From: Longimicrobiales bacterium
Lineage (GTDB): Bacteria; Gemmatimonadota; Gemmatimonadetes; Longimicrobiales; Gaopeijiaceae
DNA length: 64,000 nucleotides
NCBI GenBank assembly: GCA_965248195.1
Contig: CBDFIQ010000002.1
Location: forward strand, 2,912,001-2,976,000
Direction of reading: 5' to 3'
The position numbers and the translations under genes are program-made. Every line of letters starts with the position of its first letter. Position 1 is the first letter of the stretch. The notes below the pieces were generated by a model. The model did not search any database. It saw only the letters and a list, made by a program, of their open reading frames with translations, and was not told where the DNA came from. Below are positions 40,500 to 50,232 of the stretch, piece by piece.

Positions 40500-41948
40500 A
40501 TGACCGAACCAGATCGTCAGACCCAGTTTCAGGCAGAGTTAGCCTCAGAGTTCGTGATCGTCCGCTCACTGGGTGAGGGTTCCGTGGCGCACGTGTACCT
40601 TGCCCGGGAGAAGGCCCTCGAGCGTTTGGTCGCGATCAAGGTCATGAAGTCGCACGTGGCCGAGGATGAGACCGCCCGGAAGCGATTCGCCCGGGAAGCT
40701 CGATCCGCCGCGAAGATCCACCATCGCAACGTGGCGACCGTGTATCGGGTCGGCTCCCTCGAGGACGAGACGCCTTTCATCGTCATGGAGTACATCGAAG
40801 GGCGCAACCTCGCAGATACGCTCAAGGCAGAGGGAGTCATGACTCTGGAGCAAGCGTCTCATACGCTGGGTCAGCTTGCCTCGGCGTTGGCGGCCGCGCA
40901 CGAGAACGGAATCGTCCACCGCGATGTGAAGCCGGAGAACGTCGTGCGTGAGAAGGACTCGAACCGAATCGTGCTCATGGACTTTGGGCTCGTAGGTATC
41001 CTGGAGACGGGCTCCGACCCGGTTACGCATCTTACACAAGCTGGACAGCTGCTTGGCGATGCCCGGTACCTGAGTCCCGAACAGTTGCTCGGTAACGGGG
41101 TCACGGATGAATCGGATGTGTACGCCCTGGGCGTCATAGGCTATGAGCTTCTTACGCTCAAGACTCCGTATGAGGGGAGCACGAGCGCCCACCTGGTCAT
41201 GGCGCGCCTGAGGGAAGAGCCGGTTCCGCTGGCCCAGCTCCGGCCCGACATGGATCCCGATCTCGCAGAACTGTTGGCACGGTGCCTTTCCAAGAATCCT
41301 CATCATCGGCCTCCGGCATCCGAGGTCGCCAAAGCCTTGGTGCGCATCACGGAAGCGCTCGCAGCAGGCCTGCGTAGGGAGTCCGACTCAACGCCACCGC
41401 CGCGAACGACACGACGACTCTCGGCCATCATGTTCACGGACATGGTAGGCTTTACGGCCCTGATGCAGGACGACGAACATCGGGCAAAGAGCGTTCGCGA
41501 CCGGCATCGTAGCGCCCTCCGCAAGTCGATCGAAACGCACGGCGGCGAGATCGTGCAGTTCTACGGAGACGGGACCCTCAGCATCTTCGGAAGCGCCGTC
41601 GAGGGAGTCTCGTCCGCGGTCGCTGTCCAACAGGTACTCCAGCAGGAGCCTCCGATCCCCGTTCGAATTGGACTCCACATCGGCGACATCAACCGGGACG
41701 AGGACGGCGTCTACGGGGACGGTGTCAACGTTGCCGCTCGCATCCAGGGGCTCTCGGTTCCCGGTGCGGTCATGATCTCGGAGAAAGTCTTCGACGAGAT
41801 CAAGAATCACCCTCGGCTGCCCGTGACCGAACTCGGTGAGTTCGATCTGAAGAACGTGCGCCGGCCGGTCCGGGTTTTCGCGATCACGGCGCCGGGGCTC
41901 GTCGTTCCCGATGCCGAGTCCATGGCCGGCCGGACCGAACTGGCCTAG
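40500..41948 (+). CDS. Hanks-type Ser/Thr kinase fused to class III adenylate/guanylate cyclase
   Basis: VAIK, HRDVKPEN, DFG, YLSPEQ; then MFTDMVGFT, GDG and GDGVNVAARI. Confidence 0.9.
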   Translation: MTEPDRQTQFQAELASEFVIVRSLGEGSVAHVYLAREKALERLVAIKVMKSHVAEDETARKRFAREARSAAKIHHRNVATVYRVGSLEDETPFIVMEYIEGRNLADTLKAEGVMTLEQASHTLGQLASALAAAHENGIVHRDVKPENVVREKDSNRIVLMDFGLVGILETGSDPVTHLTQAGQLLGDARYLSPEQLLGNGVTDESDVYALGVIGYELLTLKTPYEGSTSAHLVMARLREEPVPLAQLRPDMDPDLAELLARCLSKNPHHRPPASEVAKALVRITEALAAGLRRESDSTPPPRTTRRLSAIMFTDMVGFTALMQDDEHRAKSVRDRHRSALRKSIETHGGEIVQFYGDGTLSIFGSAVEGVSSAVAVQQVLQQEPPIPVRIGLHIGDINRDEDGVYGDGVNVAARIQGLSVPGAVMISEKVFDEIKNHPRLPVTELGEFDLKNVRRPVRVFAITAPGLVVPDAESMAGRTELA

Positions 41949-41989
41949 TCCCTCCGCCTCACCCTCCAACCCTGGCGGGCGTCCGCAAA

Positions 41990-42057
41990 TTGACGGGTTT
42001 GGACCTGGCCCTCACGTTGTCCCGACCCGCCAAAGGGCTTTTGGTTTAACTGTCCTT
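41990..42057 (+). repeat. 28 bp direct repeat copy 2, within a ~70 bp intergenic element (putative promoter TTGACG-N17-CACGTT)
   Basis: Exact match to 40222-40249; aligns with 44615-44682. Confidence 0.85.
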
Positions 42058-42120
42058 GGCGTATACTCTCGGCGGACGGGAGGCGAGTTTCGGGTAACCT
42101 AATCTGCGAAGGAGAGACCC

Positions 42121-43359
42121 ATGGCTTCGAAACCACCTGATCGAAGGGTATTCCTAAAACGCGGGGCCGCGTTGGCCGGTGGTTTGACCTTGGGAGCGGT
42201 AGAGCCCGCTATGCGCCAGACACCAGCATCTGGACAGTCTGTCGAGGGACAGTCCCAAGAGGTCCCGGACTATTCAAGTGAGGAGCTGATCGCCTATGGT
42301 CAACGCTCCCGTTTCGTGACGTCGGTACGCATACCGCACGGCGGCAGGCCCTCACCCGATGCCTTTGGTCTCGTCTTTCATACGGCAACTCCGCTTCAGG
42401 ATTCGGTGGGGGTGATCACGCCATCCGCGCTCCACTTCTCAAACACCACGCGCGGCGCGTTCATTCCGGACATCGATCCCCAGACGCATCGTCTCATGGT
42501 CCACGGCATGGTGGACCGTCCGCTGATCTTCACCATGGAGGAGTTGAAGCGTCTCCCTTCCGTGACCCGCCTTCATTTCGTCGAGTGCGCGGGGAACCGC
42601 TCGAACAGCCGGCAGACGACAGTGCAGGAAACGCACGGGGCGACCAGCTGCGCCGAATGGACCGGAGTGCTCCTGTCTACGCTGCTCGAGGAGGCGGGCG
42701 TGCAAGACGGAGCGCCCTGGATCGTGGCGGAAGGGGTGGAGGAAGTGAAAGGGGCGTCGAGCATTCCGATGACGAAGGCTATGGACGACTGTCTCGTGTG
42801 CTACGGCATGAACGGCGAGGCCGTACGTCCCCAGCAAGGCTTCCCGCTGCGGCTGCTGGTTCCCGGCTTCGAAGGAATCTTTAACGTGAAGTGGCTGAGG
42901 CGAATCAAGGTGGTGGACCGGTACTACATGACCTACAACGACTACGGGCATCTTCGTCAGGACCCCGACGACGCTGCGCTGGGTTACCAGATCGGACCGA
43001 AATCGGTCATCACGTTTCCGTCCGGGGGACAACAGCTGCCCGGCCGCGGATTTTACGAGGTCAGCGGCTTGGCCTGGTCCGGTGGGGGGGCCGTTAGCAG
43101 GGTGGAAGTATCCACCGACGGTGGCGACAGCTGGATAGACGCCGAAATTCGCGGGACCCCACATCCCATGGCGCATACCCGGTTCACCTTCAACTGGACT
43201 TGGGACGGAACAGAGGCCGAGCTCCAGTCGCGCTGCACGGACGAGCTGGGCCAAGTTCAACCGGATCGACGGGTGCTGGGCCGTGTGAAAGGCCAGGACA
43301 ATTCCATTCAGCCGTGGAGGATCGCGAGCGACGGGAGCGTGCACAATGCGATTTCTTAG
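42121..43359 (+). CDS. Molybdopterin-dependent sulfite dehydrogenase-like oxidoreductase (SoxC-like), Tat-exported
   Basis: DRRVFLK, TPLQDSVGVITP, ECAGN, GFPLRL..PG, VKWL, GLAWSG. Confidence 0.85.
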   Translation: MASKPPDRRVFLKRGAALAGGLTLGAVEPAMRQTPASGQSVEGQSQEVPDYSSEELIAYGQRSRFVTSVRIPHGGRPSPDAFGLVFHTATPLQDSVGVITPSALHFSNTTRGAFIPDIDPQTHRLMVHGMVDRPLIFTMEELKRLPSVTRLHFVECAGNRSNSRQTTVQETHGATSCAEWTGVLLSTLLEEAGVQDGAPWIVAEGVEEVKGASSIPMTKAMDDCLVCYGMNGEAVRPQQGFPLRLLVPGFEGIFNVKWLRRIKVVDRYYMTYNDYGHLRQDPDDAALGYQIGPKSVITFPSGGQQLPGRGFYEVSGLAWSGGGAVSRVEVSTDGGDSWIDAEIRGTPHPMAHTRFTFNWTWDGTEAELQSRCTDELGQVQPDRRVLGRVKGQDNSIQPWRIASDGSVHNAIS

Positions 43360-43909
43360 GCTTCTCCCGTTTCTGATGCTCCTGGGGAGCTCCGTGCAAG
43401 CGCAGACGTCCACTTATGGTGTGGGAAGGACCCCGAGCGCAGAAGAGATCCGTGCCTGGGATATCTCCATCAGTCCTACGGGAGAGGAACTCCCGCCGGG
43501 GAGCGGAACGGCCGAGGAAGGCGCGCTGGTCTATCAGGTGAAAGCGTGCGCGGCATGCCACGGAGCGACAGGGACAGGGGGGCTCGCTCCCAGGTTGGTA
43601 AAACGCGAAGCGGGACCAGATGTCGACCCATGGGAATTGGGGCGAATACTGCCGATCCGCGCGCCGTACGCGACGACCGTATGGGATTACATCAATCGCG
43701 GCATGCCTCTCAATGGAGAAGGAACCCTCACCGCCGATGAGGTCTACGCGCTGACGGCCTATCTGCTCTCCATAAACGATCTCATCGCGGAGGACGAGGT
43801 AATGGACGCCGAGAGTCTGCCGATGGTGGAGATGCCGAATCGTGATAACTGGGCTCCCCTACCGGATTGGCAGCCCGGAATGCCAAGGCTTGCAGGTTAC
43901 CCCCACTGA
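43346..43909 (+). CDS. Monoheme cytochrome c (SoxD-like)
   Basis: Signal peptide; YGVGR..WDISI.P.G..LPPGSG; CAACH; DYINRGMP; MPNR. Confidence 0.9.
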   Translation: MRFLRLLPFLMLLGSSVQAQTSTYGVGRTPSAEEIRAWDISISPTGEELPPGSGTAEEGALVYQVKACAACHGATGTGGLAPRLVKREAGPDVDPWELGRILPIRAPYATTVWDYINRGMPLNGEGTLTADEVYALTAYLLSINDLIAEDEVMDAESLPMVEMPNRDNWAPLPDWQPGMPRLAGYPH

Positions 43910-43962
43910 GGTACGCGTCGTAACGCTTCTAAGGGCCGAACTGAAACAAGAGCCCACCGCAG

Positions 43963-44415
43963 CTACCTGAGGTTCGAGTAGTTGCTGGAGCTCATCCAGT
44001 AGGCCTCGATGGAGAGCGACACGTCATACTTCGCTCGGAGCGCAGCCCAGTCCGGGTCGGAGGCGAACCCCGCCCAGACTTCGTCCCGATGGGCGCGGTC
44101 GCGATAGGCGAGCATCCAGACCAGCGTGTTCGGATCGTCGAGACGCTGCCACACGGCGATGACATCGGCGCCGTGCTTCTCGAAGATCGCCACCTCTTGC
44201 TCGCGGAAGCGCTGATGCAGCACGTTGATGTCGCCACGCTCGTTGGAAGCCGTGTACATCCGGAGCTCGAAACAGCGCGCGTCGGAGCCCACGTTGGCGG
44301 AGAGCTCCGCCGGCAGCTGGCCGGCCGGGCCGCACGCATCAGGCGGGCCCTGGGCTTGTGCCGTCCCGGCGAAAGTGAAGCCCATGACGACGGCGGTGAG
44401 GATCGCGTTTTTCAT
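43963..44415 (-). CDS. NIPSNAP family protein with signal peptide
   Basis: FELRMY, LHQRF, FEKHG, W..FASDPDW. Confidence 0.85.
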   Translation of the reverse strand: MKNAILTAVVMGFTFAGTAQAQGPPDACGPAGQLPAELSANVGSDARCFELRMYTASNERGDINVLHQRFREQEVAIFEKHGADVIAVWQRLDDPNTLVWMLAYRDRAHRDEVWAGFASDPDWAALRAKYDVSLSIEAYWMSSSNYSNLR

Positions 44416-44508
44416 GCCAATCTCCCTCTGCAATGGTTGGCGGTTCGAGTGTCCAGACGACGGGTCAGGACATGAGCCACATCTCGTTCGTCGCACGGTG
44501 GCGACCGG

Positions 44509-44544
44509 TTCGGGTACACATCAGAGTTCGTGTACACATCAGAG
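44509..44544. repeat. 18 bp tandem direct repeat in divergent intergenic region
   Basis: ttcgggtacacatcagag / ttcgtgtacacatcagag, 1 mismatch. Confidence 0.9.
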
Positions 44545-44614
44545 AGGACATTATAGGGAAGTCGAGGGCGCGCCTGAAAGGGCGAGGCCTTGGTGTCGAG
44601 GCGATTGCCACGAG

Positions 44615-44682
44615 TTGACTGACTCGGCCCTGCCTCTCACGTTGTCCGGATCGCCTGACGGCCGTTGTTTTTCCTATCCTTC
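44615..44682 (+). repeat. Third copy of the ~70 bp intergenic element
   Basis: 26/33 identity to 41990-42022; its last 18 bp (ttgtttttcctatccttc) are identical to 52178-52195. Confidence 0.8.
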
Positions 44683-44719
44683 CTAGCGCCTGGTGTATGG
44701 CCGACAGGGAGCAAGGGAC

Positions 44720-46540
44720 ATGGTACCAGCGAAAAAGCAGCGAATCGTGACTTGGCTTCTCCCTACCGTCGCCATCGTTTTGGCTGGGTGTGGCGCCAAG
44801 GAAGGCGGGCAGGCCGGACCGGCCTCCTGGGAAGACGACCTGGAGCCCATCACCGCCGCCGACTGGGACCGCGGAAAGGCCGCGCATCTTCTGGAAAGGG
44901 CAGGTTTCGGAGGAACGCCCGAGGAGATCGATCGCCTCGCGGCGATGAGTCCGGAGGAGGCGGTCGGGTGGTTCGTGGACTACGCGTCGATTCAAGACGC
45001 TCTTCCCTCGTTCGACGCGTCACCGATCTGGGACGCTGGCATGGACCCCTTCCCAAAGAGTCGGGCCGAGGCGGTGCGGATAGCCCGCGAAACAGGCGAG
45101 GCGATGGGAGTCCCGGTTCTTCCCGAGGGTGAATCAAGAGCACTCCAGCCGGTCGTGAACAAGTTCTTCTTCGGTTTGCGCTCGAACGCCTACGAGACGC
45201 AACGGTTGGCCCTGTGGTGGGGCGAGCGGATGCTGCGTACCCAGCGGCCGCTCGAGGAGAAGCTGACCCTGTTCTGGCATGGTCACTTTGCCACCGGGAA
45301 CAGCAAAGTCCGCGACACGCGGATGATGGAGCGCCAGCACTTGATGCTTCGCGCCAACGCCAGGGGTAACTTCGGGGACCTATTGCGGGGGATCCTGAGG
45401 GATCCAGCGATGCTCGTCTATCTCGACAACGGGGAGAACGTCCGGGACCACCCCAACGAGAACTTTGGCCGGGAGCTGCTGGAGTTGTTCACGATGGGAG
45501 TGGGCAACTACACGGAGCATGACATCCGTGAAGCCTCGCGCGCGTTCACCGGCTGGACCAACGACGTGCTCGAGTTCGAGTTCGATGAGACCCAGCACGA
45601 CATGGGCGTGAAGACCTTCCAGGGTCAGACGGGGCCGTTCGATGGGACCGACATCATTGACATCATCCTCGCCCAAGAGCCGACGGCGGAGTTCATTGCC
45701 GGCAAGCTCTACCGGTACTTCGTGCGAGAGGAGCTGAGTGATCAGACACGCGCGTCCCTTGGGGCGACGTTCCGCGACGCAGGTTACGAACTGGAGCCGC
45801 TGCTGACCCGCATCTTCCTGTCGCGGGATTTCTACAGCCCCACGTCGTACGCGACACAGATAAAGAGCCCGGTGCAGCTGGTCGTCTCGACCTATCGCAA
45901 GCTCGGTCTCGCCCAGATGCCGACGATCCCGGATTTCAACCGGCTGACGTCTCGCCTCGGTCAATCGTTGTTCAACCCGCCAAACGTGGCAGGATGGGCC
46001 GGCGGGCGAACTTGGATCACCCCAGGATCGTTGCTGCAGAGGGGCAATCTGTTCCGCACAATTCTGTTCCCAGACGTCGACTCGTTCCGGGCGCCGGATC
46101 GGGTCCTCCCCGGAATCTATGCGAGCGTCGGGCGCCGAATCGAGGCCGGGATGAGCATCACTGCCGCCACTCAAGAGGGTGACGCAGAATCGAGCATGCT
46201 GGCCGACCGTGACGAGGATTTTAATACGCGCTACGGTGGCTACATGGGGTACGTCATGGCGTTCGAGCGGCTCAGGCTGGTGCCCCGACATACACCCGAC
46301 CTCGACCTCGTCGCCATGGTCGACGAGGCGGGCGCCAGCAGTGCCGCCGACGTCGTCGACTACTTCATCGCACGGTTTTTGCGCCTCGAGTTGCAGCAGA
46401 CCGACCGTGAGGCCCTCGTCGGTTTCCTGCGGGACGAATTAGGCGGAGACCGGATCGGGCGCGCCGACGCGCAGACCGAATCTGCTCTGCGTTCCTTGTT
46501 GTATCTCGTGCTGAGCACACCGGAGTATCAGTTGGCGTAG
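44720..46540 (+). CDS. DUF1800 family lipoprotein
   Basis: LAGC lipobox; AHLLERAGFG, EKLTLFWHGHF, DPAMLVYLDN, NENFGRELLELFTMG, PPNVAGW. Confidence 0.9.
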   Translation: MVPAKKQRIVTWLLPTVAIVLAGCGAKEGGQAGPASWEDDLEPITAADWDRGKAAHLLERAGFGGTPEEIDRLAAMSPEEAVGWFVDYASIQDALPSFDASPIWDAGMDPFPKSRAEAVRIARETGEAMGVPVLPEGESRALQPVVNKFFFGLRSNAYETQRLALWWGERMLRTQRPLEEKLTLFWHGHFATGNSKVRDTRMMERQHLMLRANARGNFGDLLRGILRDPAMLVYLDNGENVRDHPNENFGRELLELFTMGVGNYTEHDIREASRAFTGWTNDVLEFEFDETQHDMGVKTFQGQTGPFDGTDIIDIILAQEPTAEFIAGKLYRYFVREELSDQTRASLGATFRDAGYELEPLLTRIFLSRDFYSPTSYATQIKSPVQLVVSTYRKLGLAQMPTIPDFNRLTSRLGQSLFNPPNVAGWAGGRTWITPGSLLQRGNLFRTILFPDVDSFRAPDRVLPGIYASVGRRIEAGMSITAATQEGDAESSMLADRDEDFNTRYGGYMGYVMAFERLRLVPRHTPDLDLVAMVDEAGASSAADVVDYFIARFLRLELQQTDREALVGFLRDELGGDRIGRADAQTESALRSLLYLVLSTPEYQLA

Positions 46541-46587
46541 CGGAGAGCGAGACACCCTGAATCCTTGGGAGAAACTGGAGCAATCCC

Positions 46588-47838
46588 ATGCTTATCAAGT
46601 GCAACTGCTCGCGGCGTGATTTCATCCGCCGGGGATGGTACGGTCTTGGTCTCAGCGCCGGTCTTCCGGTGATTTTGAACCGGACGACTCAGGCGCTATC
46701 CGCGCAAGCGCTACAAGGCACGAGCATGGAGGCCCACCCCGAACGAATCCTCGTGGTGGTAGAGCTGTCCGGCGGTAACGATGGTCTCAACACCGTCGTG
46801 CCGTTCGGCGATGACGAGTACTATCGCGTTCGCCCGAATCTGGGCATCGCGGAGCACGACGTCATCAAGGTCGCGGATGGGCTCGGCTTCCATCCGGCGC
46901 TCGTCGGGTTCGAGCGGCTCTACAAGGACGGGAACATGGCCGTCGTGCACGGCTGTGGATACGAGAATCCCAGTCTGTCCCACTTTTCGTCGATGGGCTT
47001 CTTGCACACCGGTGTTCCGAACGGGGGTGAGCAACTGGGTTGGATGGGGCGATTGGCCGATGGCGTCTACGACCACGATGCCCAAGGCAACATCATCGTC
47101 AACATTGGGAACCGGCAGTCTCTCGCGGTGCAAAGCCGCGACCACCCGCCGCTCGTGTTCAATGACCCGAATGCACTCAAACGCGATGCCAACGAGGCCG
47201 AGCACGCCGTGTTCGAGACCCTCGACCGCGCCAAGGCGACCGATAACAGAAGCTTGGACTTCCTCTCGGCGACGGCTGAGAACGCTGCGGGTGCGGGCGA
47301 GGTCGTGCGCCGCGCTGCTGCGTCGTATCAGACACCGATCGACTACGGCATCGGTGGTCTATCCGGACCCCTTCGGCGTGTCGCCTCCTTGATCGCGGCG
47401 GAGCTCCCCACGCGGTTGTACTACGTCACCTATGCGGGAAACTCCTTCGACACCCACGTGCACCAGGCCGACCCCCATGCGCGATTGCTGGCTTACACTG
47501 CCGACGCCGTTCGGGGATTCACCGAAGACCTCAAGCGGATTGGTCGGGCCGACGACGTGGCCGTGATGATGTTCACCGAGTTCGGTCGCCGCGTCGAAGA
47601 GAACGCCAGTCTCGGAACCGACCACGGCACGGCCACTCCGATGTTCATCTTCGGCACCGGGGTAGAAGGTGGGATGTACAGTCGCCACCCAAGCCTCACG
47701 GACCTGGACGACGGGAACCTGAAGATGACGACAGACTTCCGTCGCGTGTACGCCACGATGATCGAGGAGTGGCTGGGTTATGCGGACACGGGGTCCATAC
47801 TCAAGGGCGACTTCCAGCCGCTGGGTGTCTTCGGCTGA
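46588..47838 (+). CDS. DUF1501 family protein (Tat signal)
   Basis: SRRDFI, LSGGNDGLN, FDTH, TEFGRR, GTDHG. Confidence 0.9.
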   Translation: MLIKCNCSRRDFIRRGWYGLGLSAGLPVILNRTTQALSAQALQGTSMEAHPERILVVVELSGGNDGLNTVVPFGDDEYYRVRPNLGIAEHDVIKVADGLGFHPALVGFERLYKDGNMAVVHGCGYENPSLSHFSSMGFLHTGVPNGGEQLGWMGRLADGVYDHDAQGNIIVNIGNRQSLAVQSRDHPPLVFNDPNALKRDANEAEHAVFETLDRAKATDNRSLDFLSATAENAAGAGEVVRRAAASYQTPIDYGIGGLSGPLRRVASLIAAELPTRLYYVTYAGNSFDTHVHQADPHARLLAYTADAVRGFTEDLKRIGRADDVAVMMFTEFGRRVEENASLGTDHGTATPMFIFGTGVEGGMYSRHPSLTDLDDGNLKMTTDFRRVYATMIEEWLGYADTGSILKGDFQPLGVFG

Positions 47839-47869
47839 GTCGCAGGCGGTTGTGAGGACGGTGAACGGC

Positions 47870-49375
47870 TCAACCGCACTCTCCCGGACCCGCCAAACTT
47901 CGGAGGGTCCCGAGGTCGTCATCCACGGCGTGCCGCGCTCGGCTCTCGGACCAGTTGAAGCTCCTCCAGTCCGCAGGTCGCTCAGGGCCCCACAGGTCCA
48001 GGAGCCGGCTCGCCACCGAGCACTGTGCCTCATCCGATAGCTCGCTGAGGCGGGCGACCAAGAGCGGAGCCGCGTCGCTCCCGAGCGAGCCGAGGTAGTC
48101 CACGTCCACCCCACCCAACTCGGCGATTCGGTCGAGATTGTGACGGGCGACCAAACCGGCAGGATTGATGAGCTGCAGCGCACCCACCAGGACGAACGCC
48201 GTGACGAGGCCGCCAAACGCGAAGCGGTCGCGACGGCCGCTGAACACAGTCGCCCCGAACCAGACCACGACCACCGTCAACCACACGAGAGCCGCGGTGA
48301 CCACGACACGCAGCTCCGTGAGGCCGTAGGCGGTTTGGTAGACCAGCATACGTTGGATCGCAGAGGCCACGATGGCCAAGAGGAGAAGGAGGTGGACGCC
48401 CGCGAATCCGCCGAACACCGAACGTGCCTTAAGACCGCGGTCACCGAGCAAGGCGTGGGTGGCGAGAAGCCACGGGATGGCCAGCGCCACAGCGGCGACG
48501 AGTTGGAAGAAGCCGGCACGGGCGTAGGCGGCGTAGGTGAGACCCGGGGTAACTTCGACCCAGGCTCCCCCTCCGAAGAGGTAGCGGAATTGGACGATCA
48601 CGAAGCCTAGAAACAGGAGATCCACCAGGCCCAGAGCGGTGGCCACCTCGGCGATCCCAAGAGACGGGCGGGCGGACTGGAGGCGTCGAACCCCCGAAAA
48701 TCTCGTGCCCGACGAAACGCCGACGAGGTAGCCACAGGCAAGCCAGGACAGGACGGCTATGACCACCAAGTGCGACGCGAACGCCTGCAAGTCGATCCTG
48801 ACGAAGTCTCCGATAATCGTGGCAAACACCTCGTCCGCCGAAATGAAGAGCGCTCCGAAAACCACAAGCGGGACGAGCGCGAGGAGCGCCCCGCCGAAGG
48901 CAGTTCGCACCACAGTGCGTGCGGCCCCTCGGGATGTATAAGTTCCGACCTCACCCCAGTTCTCGCGGTTGATCAGTCGAGCGCTTCCGAACGCCGAGTG
49001 AAGCCCGGCCCCCGCCATGGCTTCGAAGAGGTCCAAGATCCCGGACCGCTTGATCCAGGCGCGCCCCGCGTTGAGAGCCGGCAGCGCAAACGCTGTGCAC
49101 GCCGCGACGAAGGTTGCGAAACGAACAAGGCCGGAGCCCCGCCACAGCAGAGCGGCACCACAGAGGAGCCCCACTCTAATCCACGACGACGCCTCCCGAC
49201 TGAGAGGCGATTCACCGCTCTGAGCTACGCTCCACACGGAGACGGCGAGACCCACGAACAACAGGAAGAAGTTGAGGCCGGGGCCCCCGGGCGCCCGAAG
49301 AAGCTGGTCTCCCGCGAACCCCATCCCGACGCCAGCCGCGAGGATGGCGGTCACAGGCAAGCAGCGGTCGGTCAT
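47870..49375 (-). CDS. DUF4153/DUF4173 family membrane protein
   Basis: LFISAD..F, VQFRYLFGG, TYAAYARAGFFQL, YGLT.LR, D..YL.SL..DA, WRSFN. Confidence 0.85.
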   Translation of the reverse strand: MTDRCLPVTAILAAGVGMGFAGDQLLRAPGGPGLNFFLLFVGLAVSVWSVAQSGESPLSREASSWIRVGLLCGAALLWRGSGLVRFATFVAACTAFALPALNAGRAWIKRSGILDLFEAMAGAGLHSAFGSARLINRENWGEVGTYTSRGAARTVVRTAFGGALLALVPLVVFGALFISADEVFATIIGDFVRIDLQAFASHLVVIAVLSWLACGYLVGVSSGTRFSGVRRLQSARPSLGIAEVATALGLVDLLFLGFVIVQFRYLFGGGAWVEVTPGLTYAAYARAGFFQLVAAVALAIPWLLATHALLGDRGLKARSVFGGFAGVHLLLLLAIVASAIQRMLVYQTAYGLTELRVVVTAALVWLTVVVVWFGATVFSGRRDRFAFGGLVTAFVLVGALQLINPAGLVARHNLDRIAELGGVDVDYLGSLGSDAAPLLVARLSELSDEAQCSVASRLLDLWGPERPADWRSFNWSESRARHAVDDDLGTLRSLAGPGECG

Positions 49376-50205
49376 GGTGCGGCCCTCCGTTCGCAGAGTG
49401 AGAATTCCGTAGCTCGGCCCGGTCCTCGAGAGAGTCCTCCGTATCGCCGATCACGAGCCGTAAAAGCCTGAACGGCGGAAGCGAGATCGGCCTCGCTGAA
49501 GTCCGGCCACAGGACGTCGGTGAAGAAGAGCTCAGCGTAGGCCGACTCCCAAAGCAGGAAGTCACTCAATCGCTGTTCTCCGCCCGTGCGGATGAGCAGA
49601 TCCACGTCGCGCGTACCGCACGGCGCGTGGATGGCCTGAGCCAGGTATCGCTCGAAGGCCTGGCGGGTTGGAGGTACCCCTTCGGCGAGACAGCCGGCCG
49701 CCGCCAACAGCGCATCGCGGGCCGAATAATCGATCGCGACCCGGACGTGGAGAGAGGTTCCTTGGCTCGTTCGCTCCTCGACGTGCGCGATCCTGCGTTT
49801 GAGAGAACCCGGGATCCGGTCCCGACGCCCTATGACGCTCAGCCGCACGCCACTGTCCGTCAGGCGGGCGCACTCGGAGTCCAGGTGCTTCTGGAACAGA
49901 AGCATCAAGTGACCCACTTCCCCCCGCGGACGGCGCCAATTGTCCGAGGAAAATGCGTAGAGCGTAAGAGTGGTGATCCCCAACTCCGGGGCGGATTCCA
50001 CCGTTCGCCGGACCGCCTTGGTTCCGGCGACATGGCCCGCCGCCCTGAGTCGACCTCGTTCGTGAGCCCAGCGTCCGTTGCCATCCATGATGATCGCGAC
50101 ATGGAATCGGTCCCGGCCTCCGCCCGTCCGCTCGAAGTTCCCAGGTGAGGCTGGTTCCGGTTGTTCAGGCTCAAGCCATCGCGCGCCCAAAGTACTTCGT
50201 GTCAT
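49372..50205 (-). CDS. uppS: Polyprenyl (undecaprenyl) diphosphate synthase
   Basis: HVAIIMDGNGRWA, YAFSSDNWRRP, DLLIRTGGEQRLSDFLLWE, WPDF. Confidence 0.9.
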   Translation of the reverse strand: MTRSTLGARWLEPEQPEPASPGNFERTGGGRDRFHVAIIMDGNGRWAHERGRLRAAGHVAGTKAVRRTVESAPELGITTLTLYAFSSDNWRRPRGEVGHLMLLFQKHLDSECARLTDSGVRLSVIGRRDRIPGSLKRRIAHVEERTSQGTSLHVRVAIDYSARDALLAAAGCLAEGVPPTRQAFERYLAQAIHAPCGTRDVDLLIRTGGEQRLSDFLLWESAYAELFFTDVLWPDFSEADLASAVQAFTARDRRYGGLSRGPGRATEFSLCERRAAP

Positions 50206-50210
50206 AAAGT
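50190..50210. promoter_or_regulatory. Putative operator (imperfect palindrome) over the uppS start
   Basis: aagtacttcgtgtcataaagt, 18/21 identical to 51261-51281. Confidence 0.55.
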
Positions 50211-50232
50211 TTCTCCGGAAAAAAAACACCGC

